From Gemmatimonadales bacterium (GTDB lineage: Bacteria > Gemmatimonadota > Gemmatimonadetes > Gemmatimonadales > GWC2-71-9): 64,000 nucleotides of DNA. The position numbers and the translations under genes are program-made. Below the pieces are notes generated by a model, which was not told where the DNA came from, ran no database searches, and was given only the letters and a program-made list of their open reading frames with translations. Every line of letters starts with the position of its first letter. Positions within the stretch are counted from its first letter, which is position 1. Positions 34,711-42,521 of this stretch are shown piece after piece. The stretch lies in NCBI GenBank assembly GCA_041577295.1, contig JBFGJG010000001.1, positions 1 to 64,000 of the forward strand, given 5' to 3'.

Positions 34711-36789
34711 TCATTGACGTCGCACGGATCGAACGCGATCACCTTCTATTACTCGACTCAAGACCTCCAGGCCCTCGGTCACCCTCCCGATCGCCGGGTA
34801 TGTACCCTCCAGGTGAGGCTGCTCACTCAACGTCACGAAGAACTGGCTCCCTCCGGTGTTGGGGCCAAAGAGGGCCAGCCCCAGAGTGCCAGCCTCGAAC
34901 AGCTGTCTGCCAAGCTCGTCCCTGAGCGAGAACCCTGCACCGCCCCAGCCATCGCCGCGGGGGTCTCCAGTCTGCGCCACAAAATCCGCGACCACTCGAT
35001 GGAAGAGCTGCCCATCGTAGAAGCGCTGTTCCGTCAAACGCAGGACGGTGCTAACGGCAATTGGTGCGTCGGCCGCGAAGAGCTCTACCACGAACGCGCC
35101 GCGGTCCGTCTCCACGAGGACGCGCGGCGGTCGCTCGCCGCGTTGGGTTGGCAATAAGAGTCGACGGGCGATGTCGCGATAATCGCCCACCTGCCGCGTG
35201 GTCTCGATTGGGGTCACCGGTCCCCACCGGCTGGTGGATCCTGGAATCATCGACGCAGCGGCCCGACGGACGAGGTAATCGTCACAGCTGGGAAAGCGGC
35301 GAAACAGCTCGTCCTCCACGGCGACTCGCCCGGCGACGCCGGTGCGAGCGATCGAACCGAGTGCCTCGATCACGGCGAGCCGAGCATCGGGAATCGAGTC
35401 GCGCAACGCCACTTCGTAAGCGTTCACCAGCGGCGTGACGTCCGATCTTCGGGGGCTGGCCGCCATGGCCTTCGCCGCGAAAGTGCGCACCACTGGATCG
35501 CGATGCTCGAGAAGGCGAGGAGCGAGCTCGCGGGCTCGCGCCGTATCGACCAGTGCGAGTGCCGCTGCTGCTTGGGCCACGACGCGTCCGTCGGCATCAC
35601 GCGCCAGGGATTCGAGCGCGCGCGATGCCGTATCGCCACCCACTACCGCGAGCACCTCGGCGGCCGCCGCGCGCTCCTGCCAACTCCTGCTTCGGATGAG
35701 GGGGGTTGTCAACGCGAGAACGTAAGATGGTTCGACGCGTGCGAGGCCTCGGAGCACGTATCGTCGATAAGGGTCTGCGACCTCGTTGGCGAGGTCACGA
35801 AGAAGCGGGGCCACGCTCGCGGTCTCGAGCGTGGCCAGGGCGGCGAGGGCCTCCAAGCGCACCCGTGGATCCAGATCGGTCACGCGCCCGCCGATCGCGC
35901 TCGGCAGCCACGAGAGGTCCGCAAAGGTGGCGAGTGCGCGAACCGCGGCGATCCGCACCTCGGGCGCGATGTCATCGAGGAATCGCCGCAACCGCGCCGC
36001 GACCGAAGCCGGCTCACCACCAGCGTCGTTGACGTACGCCGCTGTGAGGGACCGGACGGCGACCTTGCGCACGAACACGTCGGCGTCGTCGGTTGCCCGC
36101 ATGAGCAGTGGCAGACTGCTCGGATGGCCAATCCGGGCGAGCGAGTAAATGGCCCAGCGCCGTCCGCTCGGGTCGGGATGCTCTGCCGCCCTCATGAGCT
36201 CCTCAACCGGGGCCGAACTCCCCACGCGCCACGCTTCGCGCAGGCCCCGGAGGATCGCGGGCGAGACACGGCCGCCCTGCGTGGCGCCTACTCCTAGATC
36301 CAACAGATCGCGGAGGACGCCGGCTCCCACGCTACCCCCGATCTTCACCACTGCGGCGATCGCCTCTGCGTGGAGCTGCGTGTGCCTGTCGGGAGTCGTG
36401 TCGATAATGAGGTCCCGGAGGCGTCCCACCGCTTCTTCCGTTCCCAGTTCTCCGAGTGCGAATACGGCGTCCAGTCGTACGGTCGTATCGGGATCGACAA
36501 GGAGGCTTACCAGAGCGGGTAAGGCGGCGACATCTCCGATCCTGCCCATGGCCAGAGCGGCATGTCGCCTGACGATCGGTGACGGATGCCGTGAGGCTGC
36601 AACGAAGGTGGTTGGGTCGTAACGCCGCGCATCCTCGGCGGCCAGGGTGGCGGCGAGCAAGTCCACAATCGCTTCGTCCTGCGCTGGTGCGGCAGGCGCA
36701 GCCGTTGTGAGGACGATGCTAAATACGAACGGGATCCGGGACGGCAACCAAGAGTTCGCGCACCGACGCCGGCAGTCGCGTGACCGCAT
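34711..36789 (-). CDS. HEAT-repeat protein with C-terminal cyclophilin-type peptidyl-prolyl isomerase (start may be TTG 36747)
   Basis: VRRHAALAMGRIG, VRLDAVFALGELG HEAT repeats; FYDGQLFHRVVADFVAQTGDPRGDGWGG, TGGSQFFVT..QPHL. Confidence 0.9.
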   Translation of the reverse strand: MRSRDCRRRCANSWLPSRIPFVFSIVLTTAAPAAPAQDEAIVDLLAATLAAEDARRYDPTTFVAASRHPSPIVRRHAALAMGRIGDVAALPALVSLLVDPDTTVRLDAVFALGELGTEEAVGRLRDLIIDTTPDRHTQLHAEAIAAVVKIGGSVGAGVLRDLLDLGVGATQGGRVSPAILRGLREAWRVGSSAPVEELMRAAEHPDPSGRRWAIYSLARIGHPSSLPLLMRATDDADVFVRKVAVRSLTAAYVNDAGGEPASVAARLRRFLDDIAPEVRIAAVRALATFADLSWLPSAIGGRVTDLDPRVRLEALAALATLETASVAPLLRDLANEVADPYRRYVLRGLARVEPSYVLALTTPLIRSRSWQERAAAAEVLAVVGGDTASRALESLARDADGRVVAQAAAALALVDTARARELAPRLLEHRDPVVRTFAAKAMAASPRRSDVTPLVNAYEVALRDSIPDARLAVIEALGSIARTGVAGRVAVEDELFRRFPSCDDYLVRRAAASMIPGSTSRWGPVTPIETTRQVGDYRDIARRLLLPTQRGERPPRVLVETDRGAFVVELFAADAPIAVSTVLRLTEQRFYDGQLFHRVVADFVAQTGDPRGDGWGGAGFSLRDELGRQLFEAGTLGLALFGPNTGGSQFFVTLSEQPHLEGTYPAIGRVTEGLEVLSRVIEGDRVRSVRRQ

Positions 36790-37135
36790 GGCTCGAATCT
36801 ACCGCGATCAGTGATGTTTGTGCCGTCGCCAAGAGGCGCCCGTCCTCCGGTCGGTCGATAGCGTAGCCAAACGTCACGTCGCGGCTGGTGGTCTCACGAA
36901 CCCAGCACCGTACCCTGACCACATCGTCGTAGCGGGCTGGTGCTCGATACCGCACCAGGGCCTCGATGACGGGGAGCCTCAGCCCCTGCCCCTCTAATTC
37001 GCGGTAGCTGACGCCCCGCTCTCGCATGTGATCTGTGCGCGCGGACTCACACCAGATGAGGTAGTTGGCGTGGTGGACAACCCCCATCTGATCGGTCTCG
37101 GCGTAGCGGACACGAAGCTCAATAGAGGTGATCAA
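36719..37135 (-). CDS. Acyl-CoA thioesterase (YbgC/FadM, hot-dog fold)
   Basis: LRVRYAETDQMGVVHHANYLIWCESART; YRAPARYDD. Confidence 0.93.
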   Translation of the reverse strand: MITSIELRVRYAETDQMGVVHHANYLIWCESARTDHMRERGVSYRELEGQGLRLPVIEALVRYRAPARYDDVVRVRCWVRETTSRDVTFGYAIDRPEDGRLLATAQTSLIAVDSSHAVTRLPASVRELLVAVPDPVRI

Positions 37136-37144
37136 TACAAGAGC

Positions 37145-37180
37145 GGATAGACGGGATAGAGGGGATAGAAGGGATAGAAC
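37145..37180. repeat. 4 x 9-bp tandem repeat GGATAGA(C/G/A)(G/C)
   Basis: ggatagacg ggatagagg ggatagaag ggatagaac. Confidence 0.75.
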
Positions 37181-37182
37181 GC

Positions 37183-38238
37183 CTACCCTTCCACCCAGAT
37201 GCCGAGGGCCTTGGCGCGGTCGCGGGCCGCGGGCGTGATCAGGTACGGGCTCGCGGGACCGAGGGTTTGCCCGCTAGCCGCGAGCGCTGCGACATCTCGT
37301 TCCGTCAGAACCGGACGCCGCCCATTTGACTTGGGTGCTGCCCGTCGCTGGGGACGACCGACCAAGCGAGCGACGTCACCGGTCTTCACGCCAAAGGCGT
37401 TCGCCTCGTCCGTGTCGAGGTGGATTTCTGTAGCGTGGGTCGAGCCCGAGCGAACCAGAACGTCATGGAGGGTCGTCTGGCGATCCCCGGCACCGACTAC
37501 GATGGTCACGCGATCGCCGTCCGCTATCCCCAAGCGCGCCGCGTCGCCGGGCGAAACGTGCACGTGGCGCGCCGCGATGATTGCCCCCTGCGGAAGCTCA
37601 ACGGTTCCGCTCGGTCCCTCGAGCCGTACCGCCGCACTCCCCGCAACGTTGCCAGAATGCCTGATGGGGGCATCGATCCCGATGCGTCGGCAGTCCTGAA
37701 CGGAGAGCTCGACCTGGGTGGCTTGCCGCGTTGGCCCAACGATGCGCACGCCCTCCACTGCGCCACCCGGACCGACGACCCGCAATCGCTCTCGCGCCGC
37801 GAACTGTCCAGGTTGGGTAATAGGCCGATCGGGTGTGAGGTGCTTTCCCGGGCCAAACAGCTGCTCGACGTGCGACTGCGTGATGTGGATGTGGCGGTTC
37901 GAGATGGCAACGGGCACGGTCTTACCAGAGACGGCTCGCTCTGCGACCGTTTGCTTCCCGCCGGGCATCGGCGCCGGCCCCCTCCCCGCCGCGGCTGCGC
38001 GCCACGCTACCGTGATAGCGTCGTATGCCGCGCGGTGCTTGCCGGGTTGGGTCTTCCGGCCCACGACCGGGGCCACGTCGCTCAGGGTTTGCGCGGCGGC
38101 GGACCACGGTTTGAGCTGACCGGGGGTCGGTGAGCCTGGAGGCTCGGGACGGACCGGCCGGGGCAACCATGCGTCCGAGCGGCCTTTAATGCGTTCGGCG
38201 ATGCGCGCGGCCAACGCCTGCATTTCCTCAGGCGTCAT
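37183..38238 (-). CDS. pduL: PduL-type phosphate acyltransferase with N-terminal encapsulation peptide and extra C-terminal domain
   Basis: VPVAISNRHIHI, QPGQFAA.E, VRIVGPTR..TQVELS..D, AARHVHVSP.DA, EIHLDTDEANA. Confidence 0.93.
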   Translation of the reverse strand: MTPEEMQALAARIAERIKGRSDAWLPRPVRPEPPGSPTPGQLKPWSAAAQTLSDVAPVVGRKTQPGKHRAAYDAITVAWRAAAAGRGPAPMPGGKQTVAERAVSGKTVPVAISNRHIHITQSHVEQLFGPGKHLTPDRPITQPGQFAARERLRVVGPGGAVEGVRIVGPTRQATQVELSVQDCRRIGIDAPIRHSGNVAGSAAVRLEGPSGTVELPQGAIIAARHVHVSPGDAARLGIADGDRVTIVVGAGDRQTTLHDVLVRSGSTHATEIHLDTDEANAFGVKTGDVARLVGRPQRRAAPKSNGRRPVLTERDVAALAASGQTLGPASPYLITPAARDRAKALGIWVEG

Positions 38239-39758
38239 ACTTTCCTCCGAACCCGCCGTTCAGCGAGGAACGCCTCGACCGCACGGGCGATTTCGTCGGC
38301 CGGGTCGCTCCCGGACCGCTTCGCCACTTGGCCTGCCGTGGCTAGCTGCTTTGCCGCACCCGGCGACGTTTGCGACCGTCGGTCCGCGCTCGGGGCGTCC
38401 ACCGCAACGTACGATCGTGTCTCGTAGGCGAGCCGCTTCACGTTGACCAAGTGGAGTGGTGTGATGTTGTCACTGGTGGATGAGCCACCCCAGGTGCCCG
38501 GCCCGAGTGTCATGGCAGGTGCGAGACCAGTGGTGTAGCCCACCGCGCCGACGGCGGCGACCGTATTCACGAGAATGCGGAACGCGGGCTTCTCCTCGAA
38601 GAATCGTGTAATCACGTGCTCGTCGCGGCTGTGGATGACCAGCGAGTGCCCGATGCCACCGAAGTTGAGCAGCTCGATGCTACGATCGCAGCATCGTTCC
38701 CAGCCATCCTCCAGGTAAAACGCGAGCACGGGAGACAACTTCTCTCGCGAAAAGAGCTCTTGGGGTCCCACCGACTCGCACTCGACCACCAGGATCCTCG
38801 TATCCCCCGGGACTCCGATGCCCGCGCGTTGAGCGATCTCCGTCGCTGGAAGCCCAACGATGGCCGTGTTGATGCCGCCGGTCTTGGGGTCTTGCATCAG
38901 GCGTTGGAGCCGAGTGCGGTCATCCCCGGTTACGAATACGGCACGCTCGCGCTTGAGAGCCGCACGGACCTCCCGCTCAACGGGACGATCACAGATGAGC
39001 GAGTTTTCCGCGGAGCACAGGAGACCGTAGTCGAAATTCTTCCCGGCCACGACATCTGCCACCGCTTTATCGACATCTGCGGTTCGCTCGACGATCGCCG
39101 GCACATTGCCCGGTCCCACACCATACGCCGGTTTGCCCGAGCTGTACGCTGCGCGCACCATGCCGTATCCACCGGTTGCGAGAATCACGGCGGTGCGCTT
39201 GTGTCGCATCAGCTCGTTCGTTCCCTCGAGTGTCGGTGTCGCCATGGACAGAATGAGATCGTCCGGCGCTCCCGCCGAGCGCGCCGCCTGCTGCATGACC
39301 TGCACCGATTCGACGACACACTCCGTGGCGCGAGGATGTGGGGACATGACGATGGCGTTGCGGGCCTTCACCGCGATCAACGCTTTGTAGATGGCGGTGG
39401 AGGTGGGGTTGGTGGTGGGAATCAGCGCAGCCACCACTCCCATGGGCACGGCGAGCTCGCGCACACGCGCGTCGGGGAGCTCGCGAATCACGCCACAGGT
39501 TTTCAGGCCAAGGATGTAGTTCTTGACGTCGACGGCGCTGAACAGGTTTTTGGTGATTTTGTCTTCGAAGCGGCCCATGCGGGTTTCGTCCACCGCTCGA
39601 CGGGCCAGCCGTTCGGCCTCGCGTTCGCTCGCCGAGCCCATGGCCTCGACGATGCGGTCGACGTCCTCCTGCGAAGCATGCTTGAAACGCTCGGCGGCCG
39701 CGTGCGCTCGACCAACCAGATCCCGCGCTTCTTGGATGGACTGGAGGTCACGATCCAT
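38235..39758 (-). CDS. CoA-acylating aldehyde dehydrogenase (EutE/PduP-like), microcompartment-associated
   Basis: MDRDLQSIQEARDL, PTTNPTSTAIYKALIAVKARN, ATGG.GMVRAAYSSGKPAYGVGPGN, FDYGLLCSAE, SREKLSPVL; C-terminal amphipathic helix. Confidence 0.93.
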   Translation of the reverse strand: MDRDLQSIQEARDLVGRAHAAAERFKHASQEDVDRIVEAMGSASEREAERLARRAVDETRMGRFEDKITKNLFSAVDVKNYILGLKTCGVIRELPDARVRELAVPMGVVAALIPTTNPTSTAIYKALIAVKARNAIVMSPHPRATECVVESVQVMQQAARSAGAPDDLILSMATPTLEGTNELMRHKRTAVILATGGYGMVRAAYSSGKPAYGVGPGNVPAIVERTADVDKAVADVVAGKNFDYGLLCSAENSLICDRPVEREVRAALKRERAVFVTGDDRTRLQRLMQDPKTGGINTAIVGLPATEIAQRAGIGVPGDTRILVVECESVGPQELFSREKLSPVLAFYLEDGWERCCDRSIELLNFGGIGHSLVIHSRDEHVITRFFEEKPAFRILVNTVAAVGAVGYTTGLAPAMTLGPGTWGGSSTSDNITPLHLVNVKRLAYETRSYVAVDAPSADRRSQTSPGAAKQLATAGQVAKRSGSDPADEIARAVEAFLAERRVRRKV

Positions 39759-39810
39759 GAGCGCTCAGCGCATCGGCGTGGAGGGAAATGGCACGGACCG
39801 TCGCGGCATT

Positions 39811-40287
39811 CTAGAGGAGACCGAGCTTCTCGAAGCCGCCCAGGATTTCTTCTCTGCTGGCGCGCGCAAGCGCTCGTCCGCGGATGGGGAAATCCTCGAC
39901 CCGGCGCGCGGCGCGGCGCAACTCAACCACCCGCATGTTGCGCAGGTGCTCCGGGGCCAGTGAGATCGGACCATCTCCGGACGGATTCCCGGTGGTGTTC
40001 GCGCCGTGCACGTCCTCTGAGATCACGTCGATCCCAGGATCCGGCTGCGGGATGACGTGCACGGCAACCAGCTGGCCCACCCGCTCCGCCGCCGCCGCGC
40101 CTGCATCCACTGCCGCTTTTGCCGCCGCGACGTCTCCCTGAAACTGTACCGTGACGAGCCCGGCATCGGCGTACTCTACGCCAAGCAGCTCGACATCGGC
40201 CGCTTTCACCCCGGCGTCGGCCGCTTCGAGGGCTCCCACCAGTCCACGAGTCTCGATGAGCCCGAGGGCCCGGCCCGACCAGGCCAC
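39811..40287 (-). CDS. BMC-H shell protein with C-terminal helical extension
   Basis: ALGLIETRGLVGALEAADAGVKAADV...GDVAAAKAAVDAG...VHVIPQP, plus LRNMRVVELRRAARR...ASREEIL tail. Confidence 0.92.
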   Translation of the reverse strand: MAWSGRALGLIETRGLVGALEAADAGVKAADVELLGVEYADAGLVTVQFQGDVAAAKAAVDAGAAAAERVGQLVAVHVIPQPDPGIDVISEDVHGANTTGNPSGDGPISLAPEHLRNMRVVELRRAARRVEDFPIRGRALARASREEILGGFEKLGLL

Positions 40288-40290
40288 CGG

Positions 40291-40578
40291 TTAACCCTCT
40301 TCGGAGCGCTGCGGGAGTATGAGCTCCAGCTCCTGGTGAGGACGCGGAATGACGTGGACCGACACCAGCTCACCGACACGATCAGCAGCTGCCGCGCCGG
40401 CATCCGTGGCCGCTTTCACGGCCCCGACATCGCCGCGCACCATCACCGTCACATAGCCGCCGCCGACCTTTTCCTTGCCAACGAGCCGGACGGGGGCTGC
40501 CTTGACCATCGCATCAGCAGCTTCGATCGACCCAACGAGGCCCTTCGTTTCGATGAGCCCCAGCGCATTGTCCGACAT
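40291..40578 (-). CDS. BMC-H shell protein (EutM/PduA-like)
   Basis: [32 protein letters not shown]...[23 protein letters not shown]...VHVIPRPH. Confidence 0.96.
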   Translation of the reverse strand: MSDNALGLIETKGLVGSIEAADAMVKAAPVRLVGKEKVGGGYVTVMVRGDVGAVKAATDAGAAAADRVGELVSVHVIPRPHQELELILPQRSEEG

Positions 40579-40593
40579 CGAGCATCCTCCGTT

Positions 40594-40651
40594 GGGAGCA
40601 CGGGTGGGTGGAAGCGGGAGCAAATTAAGGTGCTCCCGCGAGAAAAGTCAA
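40594..40651 (-). promoter_or_regulatory. Putative sigma70 promoter of the BMC operon with overlapping palindromic operator
   Basis: Minus strand TTGACT (40646-40651), 17-18 bp, then TTAATT/TAATTT; perfect inverted repeat GCGGGAGCA-N8-TGCTCCCGC (40614-40639); third half-site GGGAGCAC at 40594. Confidence 0.55.
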
Positions 40652-40664
40652 TAACGACACTAGG

Positions 40665-40694
40665 TTGCGACTCCAGAGCGTACGTCCGTATACT
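40665..40694 (+). promoter_or_regulatory. Putative sigma70 promoter for lpxH (possibly leaderless)
   Basis: TTGCGA-18 bp-TATACT ending 6 nt before GTG 40701. Confidence 0.4.
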
Positions 40695-40700
40695 CTCGAC

Positions 40701-41441
40701 GTGTCTCAGCTGCCCACGCTCGTTGTCTCGGACGCCCATCTGGGTCAGGTGCCTCACGCGATCGCCGATGCTTTTCATCGGTTCCTCCGGCAAGTGCCCG
40801 ATCTCACCTCGCACCTCATCGTGAATGGCGATCTGTTCGATTTCTGGTTTGAGTATCGCACGGTTATCCCCCGCTCCGCCTTTCGGACGCTGACGGCACT
40901 TGCCCGCCTCACCTCGTCCGGGACGCGGGTCACCGTCACCGGGGGCAACCACGATCGTTGGGGAGATGACTTTTGGGAGAAGGAGGTGGGCGCGAGCTTT
41001 CATCGCCACGCGGTCGAGCTGGACGTGGAAGGGCTGCGCACGCTCGTGACCCACGGCGACGGGATGGACGGCAACCTCAGCTCACGGATTCTTCAGGCAG
41101 TAACGCGGTTTCCGCTGACACCGGCGCTGTTTCGGTGGGTCCATCCGGATCTGGGGATCGCCATGGTTCGGCGAATGTCCGGTACCGTGGCGGTCGGAAG
41201 CCGTCGTGAGGAGATGCTGAGGAACTCGGCGAAGGCGCAGGACGCGCATGCGCGCTCACTCATGCAGCGACGGAGCGACCTCGATCTGGTGATCTTTGGG
41301 CACACACACTTGCCCGTGGTCGTCGAACTCGAGCCGGGGCGGTGGTACGCGAATCCTGGGGCGTGGATGGAAGGTTTACGCTACCTCGAGGTGACGGCGG
41401 ACGGCCCCGTATTACGGCAGTTCAGTCCCAATACACCCTGA
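40701..41441 (+). CDS. lpxH: UDP-2,3-diacylglucosamine diphosphatase (LpxH-like metallophosphoesterase)
   Basis: VSDAHLG, NGDLFDFWFEY, GGNHDRW, THGDG, FRWVHPDLG, IFGHTH, NPGAW. Confidence 0.85.
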   Translation: MSQLPTLVVSDAHLGQVPHAIADAFHRFLRQVPDLTSHLIVNGDLFDFWFEYRTVIPRSAFRTLTALARLTSSGTRVTVTGGNHDRWGDDFWEKEVGASFHRHAVELDVEGLRTLVTHGDGMDGNLSSRILQAVTRFPLTPALFRWVHPDLGIAMVRRMSGTVAVGSRREEMLRNSAKAQDAHARSLMQRRSDLDLVIFGHTHLPVVVELEPGRWYANPGAWMEGLRYLEVTADGPVLRQFSPNTP

Positions 41442-41922
41442 GCCCCACCCCGGTATCGCCGCTCGGCAGCGCTCGTGCCTCGAGCTCGGTTGGGAAATCC
41501 CACAGCTGCGCGGCCACAAACGCTTCCGCGGCAGCGAGGAGGTGATTGAAGCCCCACAGGACCGCCCAGTCCTGCACTTCCTGTCTTTTCTCGGCAACGG
41601 TCTCCGCACCCGTGTCCTCCTGATAGTGCAGCTGGTGGATCGACTTGAAGGTCATAGTGACCGTGATCCCCTCCCAAAAAATGAACGCCGCGCCGGTGAC
41701 GCGACGTCCCAGGATGGCCTGCCCCCACCCTGGCAGCAGCAGTGAGCGCCACATCGCCCCCAACGGTGAGACCGGAGGTTGAATTCGGAACTGTGGGACC
41801 TTGATGGTGTCTCGCGGCGAGGGCTGACGCTGGGGCGGTGGCTGCGGAACCTGCGCGGTGATAGTAACAGGCGCCCCGAGCAGGAGGGCGAGAAAACAGC
41901 AGGTCCAGCCGGGCCACCGCAC
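41422..41922 (-). CDS. Hypothetical membrane protein (DUF5683-like); start approximate
   Basis: Signal peptide; PLGAMWRSLLLPGWGQ; AEAFVAAQLWDF. Confidence 0.75.
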   Translation of the reverse strand: MRWPGWTCCFLALLLGAPVTITAQVPQPPPQRQPSPRDTIKVPQFRIQPPVSPLGAMWRSLLLPGWGQAILGRRVTGAAFIFWEGITVTMTFKSIHQLHYQEDTGAETVAEKRQEVQDWAVLWGFNHLLAAAEAFVAAQLWDFPTELEARALPSGDTGVGLRVYWD

Positions 41923-42018
41923 CCCGCGTGAGGTTTGAGGACTGGCGCGTCTGCCGCGTTGCCAGCTCACCGCTAACTGCTCACGAGGAGAGGGGCGCAC
42001 GTGTGGGGAGTGTTGTAC

Positions 42019-42115
42019 TGGCGGGAGCGTGTGGGAATCGAACCCACCGGAGCCGCCTCAGGCGCCTCCCAACGGTTTTGAAGACCGTGCAGGCCACCAG
42101 ACCCAATCCGCTCCC
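42019..42115 (-). tRNA. selC: tRNA-Sec (anticodon TCA)
   Basis: 97 nt: GGGAGCGG acceptor (8 positions, last one G.A), 6-bp D-stem with 4-nt loop TGGT, anticodon loop CTTCAAA, long variable arm, GTGGG-TTCGATT-CCCAC T-arm, G discriminator + CCA. Confidence 0.95.
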
Positions 42116-42127
42116 CTGCCGTGCGGC

Positions 42128-42505
42128 TCATGCGCGGACGGCGATAGCATCGATCTCGACCTTCACGTTCTTTGGCAAGCCTGCCGCTTGCACCGTCGAC
42201 CGTGCAGGCCGATGCGAACCAAAGTGACGGCCGTAGACCTCGTTCATCTTGGGGAAATCGGCCATGCTCGAAAGATAGACAGTCGTCTTGACCACCCGCG
42301 ACAGGCTACTGCCCGCCGCCGTGAGGACGGCCGCTAGGTTTTTCATGACCTGCTCGGTCTGGACGACCACATCATCTGCTACGACCTCCATGGTCGCCGG
42401 ATCCAACGCAATCTGCCCAGCAGTGAATACAAGATCGCCCGTAACGATGGCCTGACTGTACGGACCGATGGCCTCGGGTGCCTTTTTTGTGGCGACGACA
42501 TCCAT
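42128..42505 (-). CDS. ridA: RidA/YjgF/UK114 reactive-imine deaminase
   Basis: APEAIGPYSQAI, FTAGQI, VVKTTVYL..M.DF..MNEVY, PARSTVQAAGLPK...EIDAIA. Confidence 0.93.
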   Translation of the reverse strand: MDVVATKKAPEAIGPYSQAIVTGDLVFTAGQIALDPATMEVVADDVVVQTEQVMKNLAAVLTAAGSSLSRVVKTTVYLSSMADFPKMNEVYGRHFGSHRPARSTVQAAGLPKNVKVEIDAIAVRA

Positions 42506-42521
42506 AGTGACTGTTCCCTCT

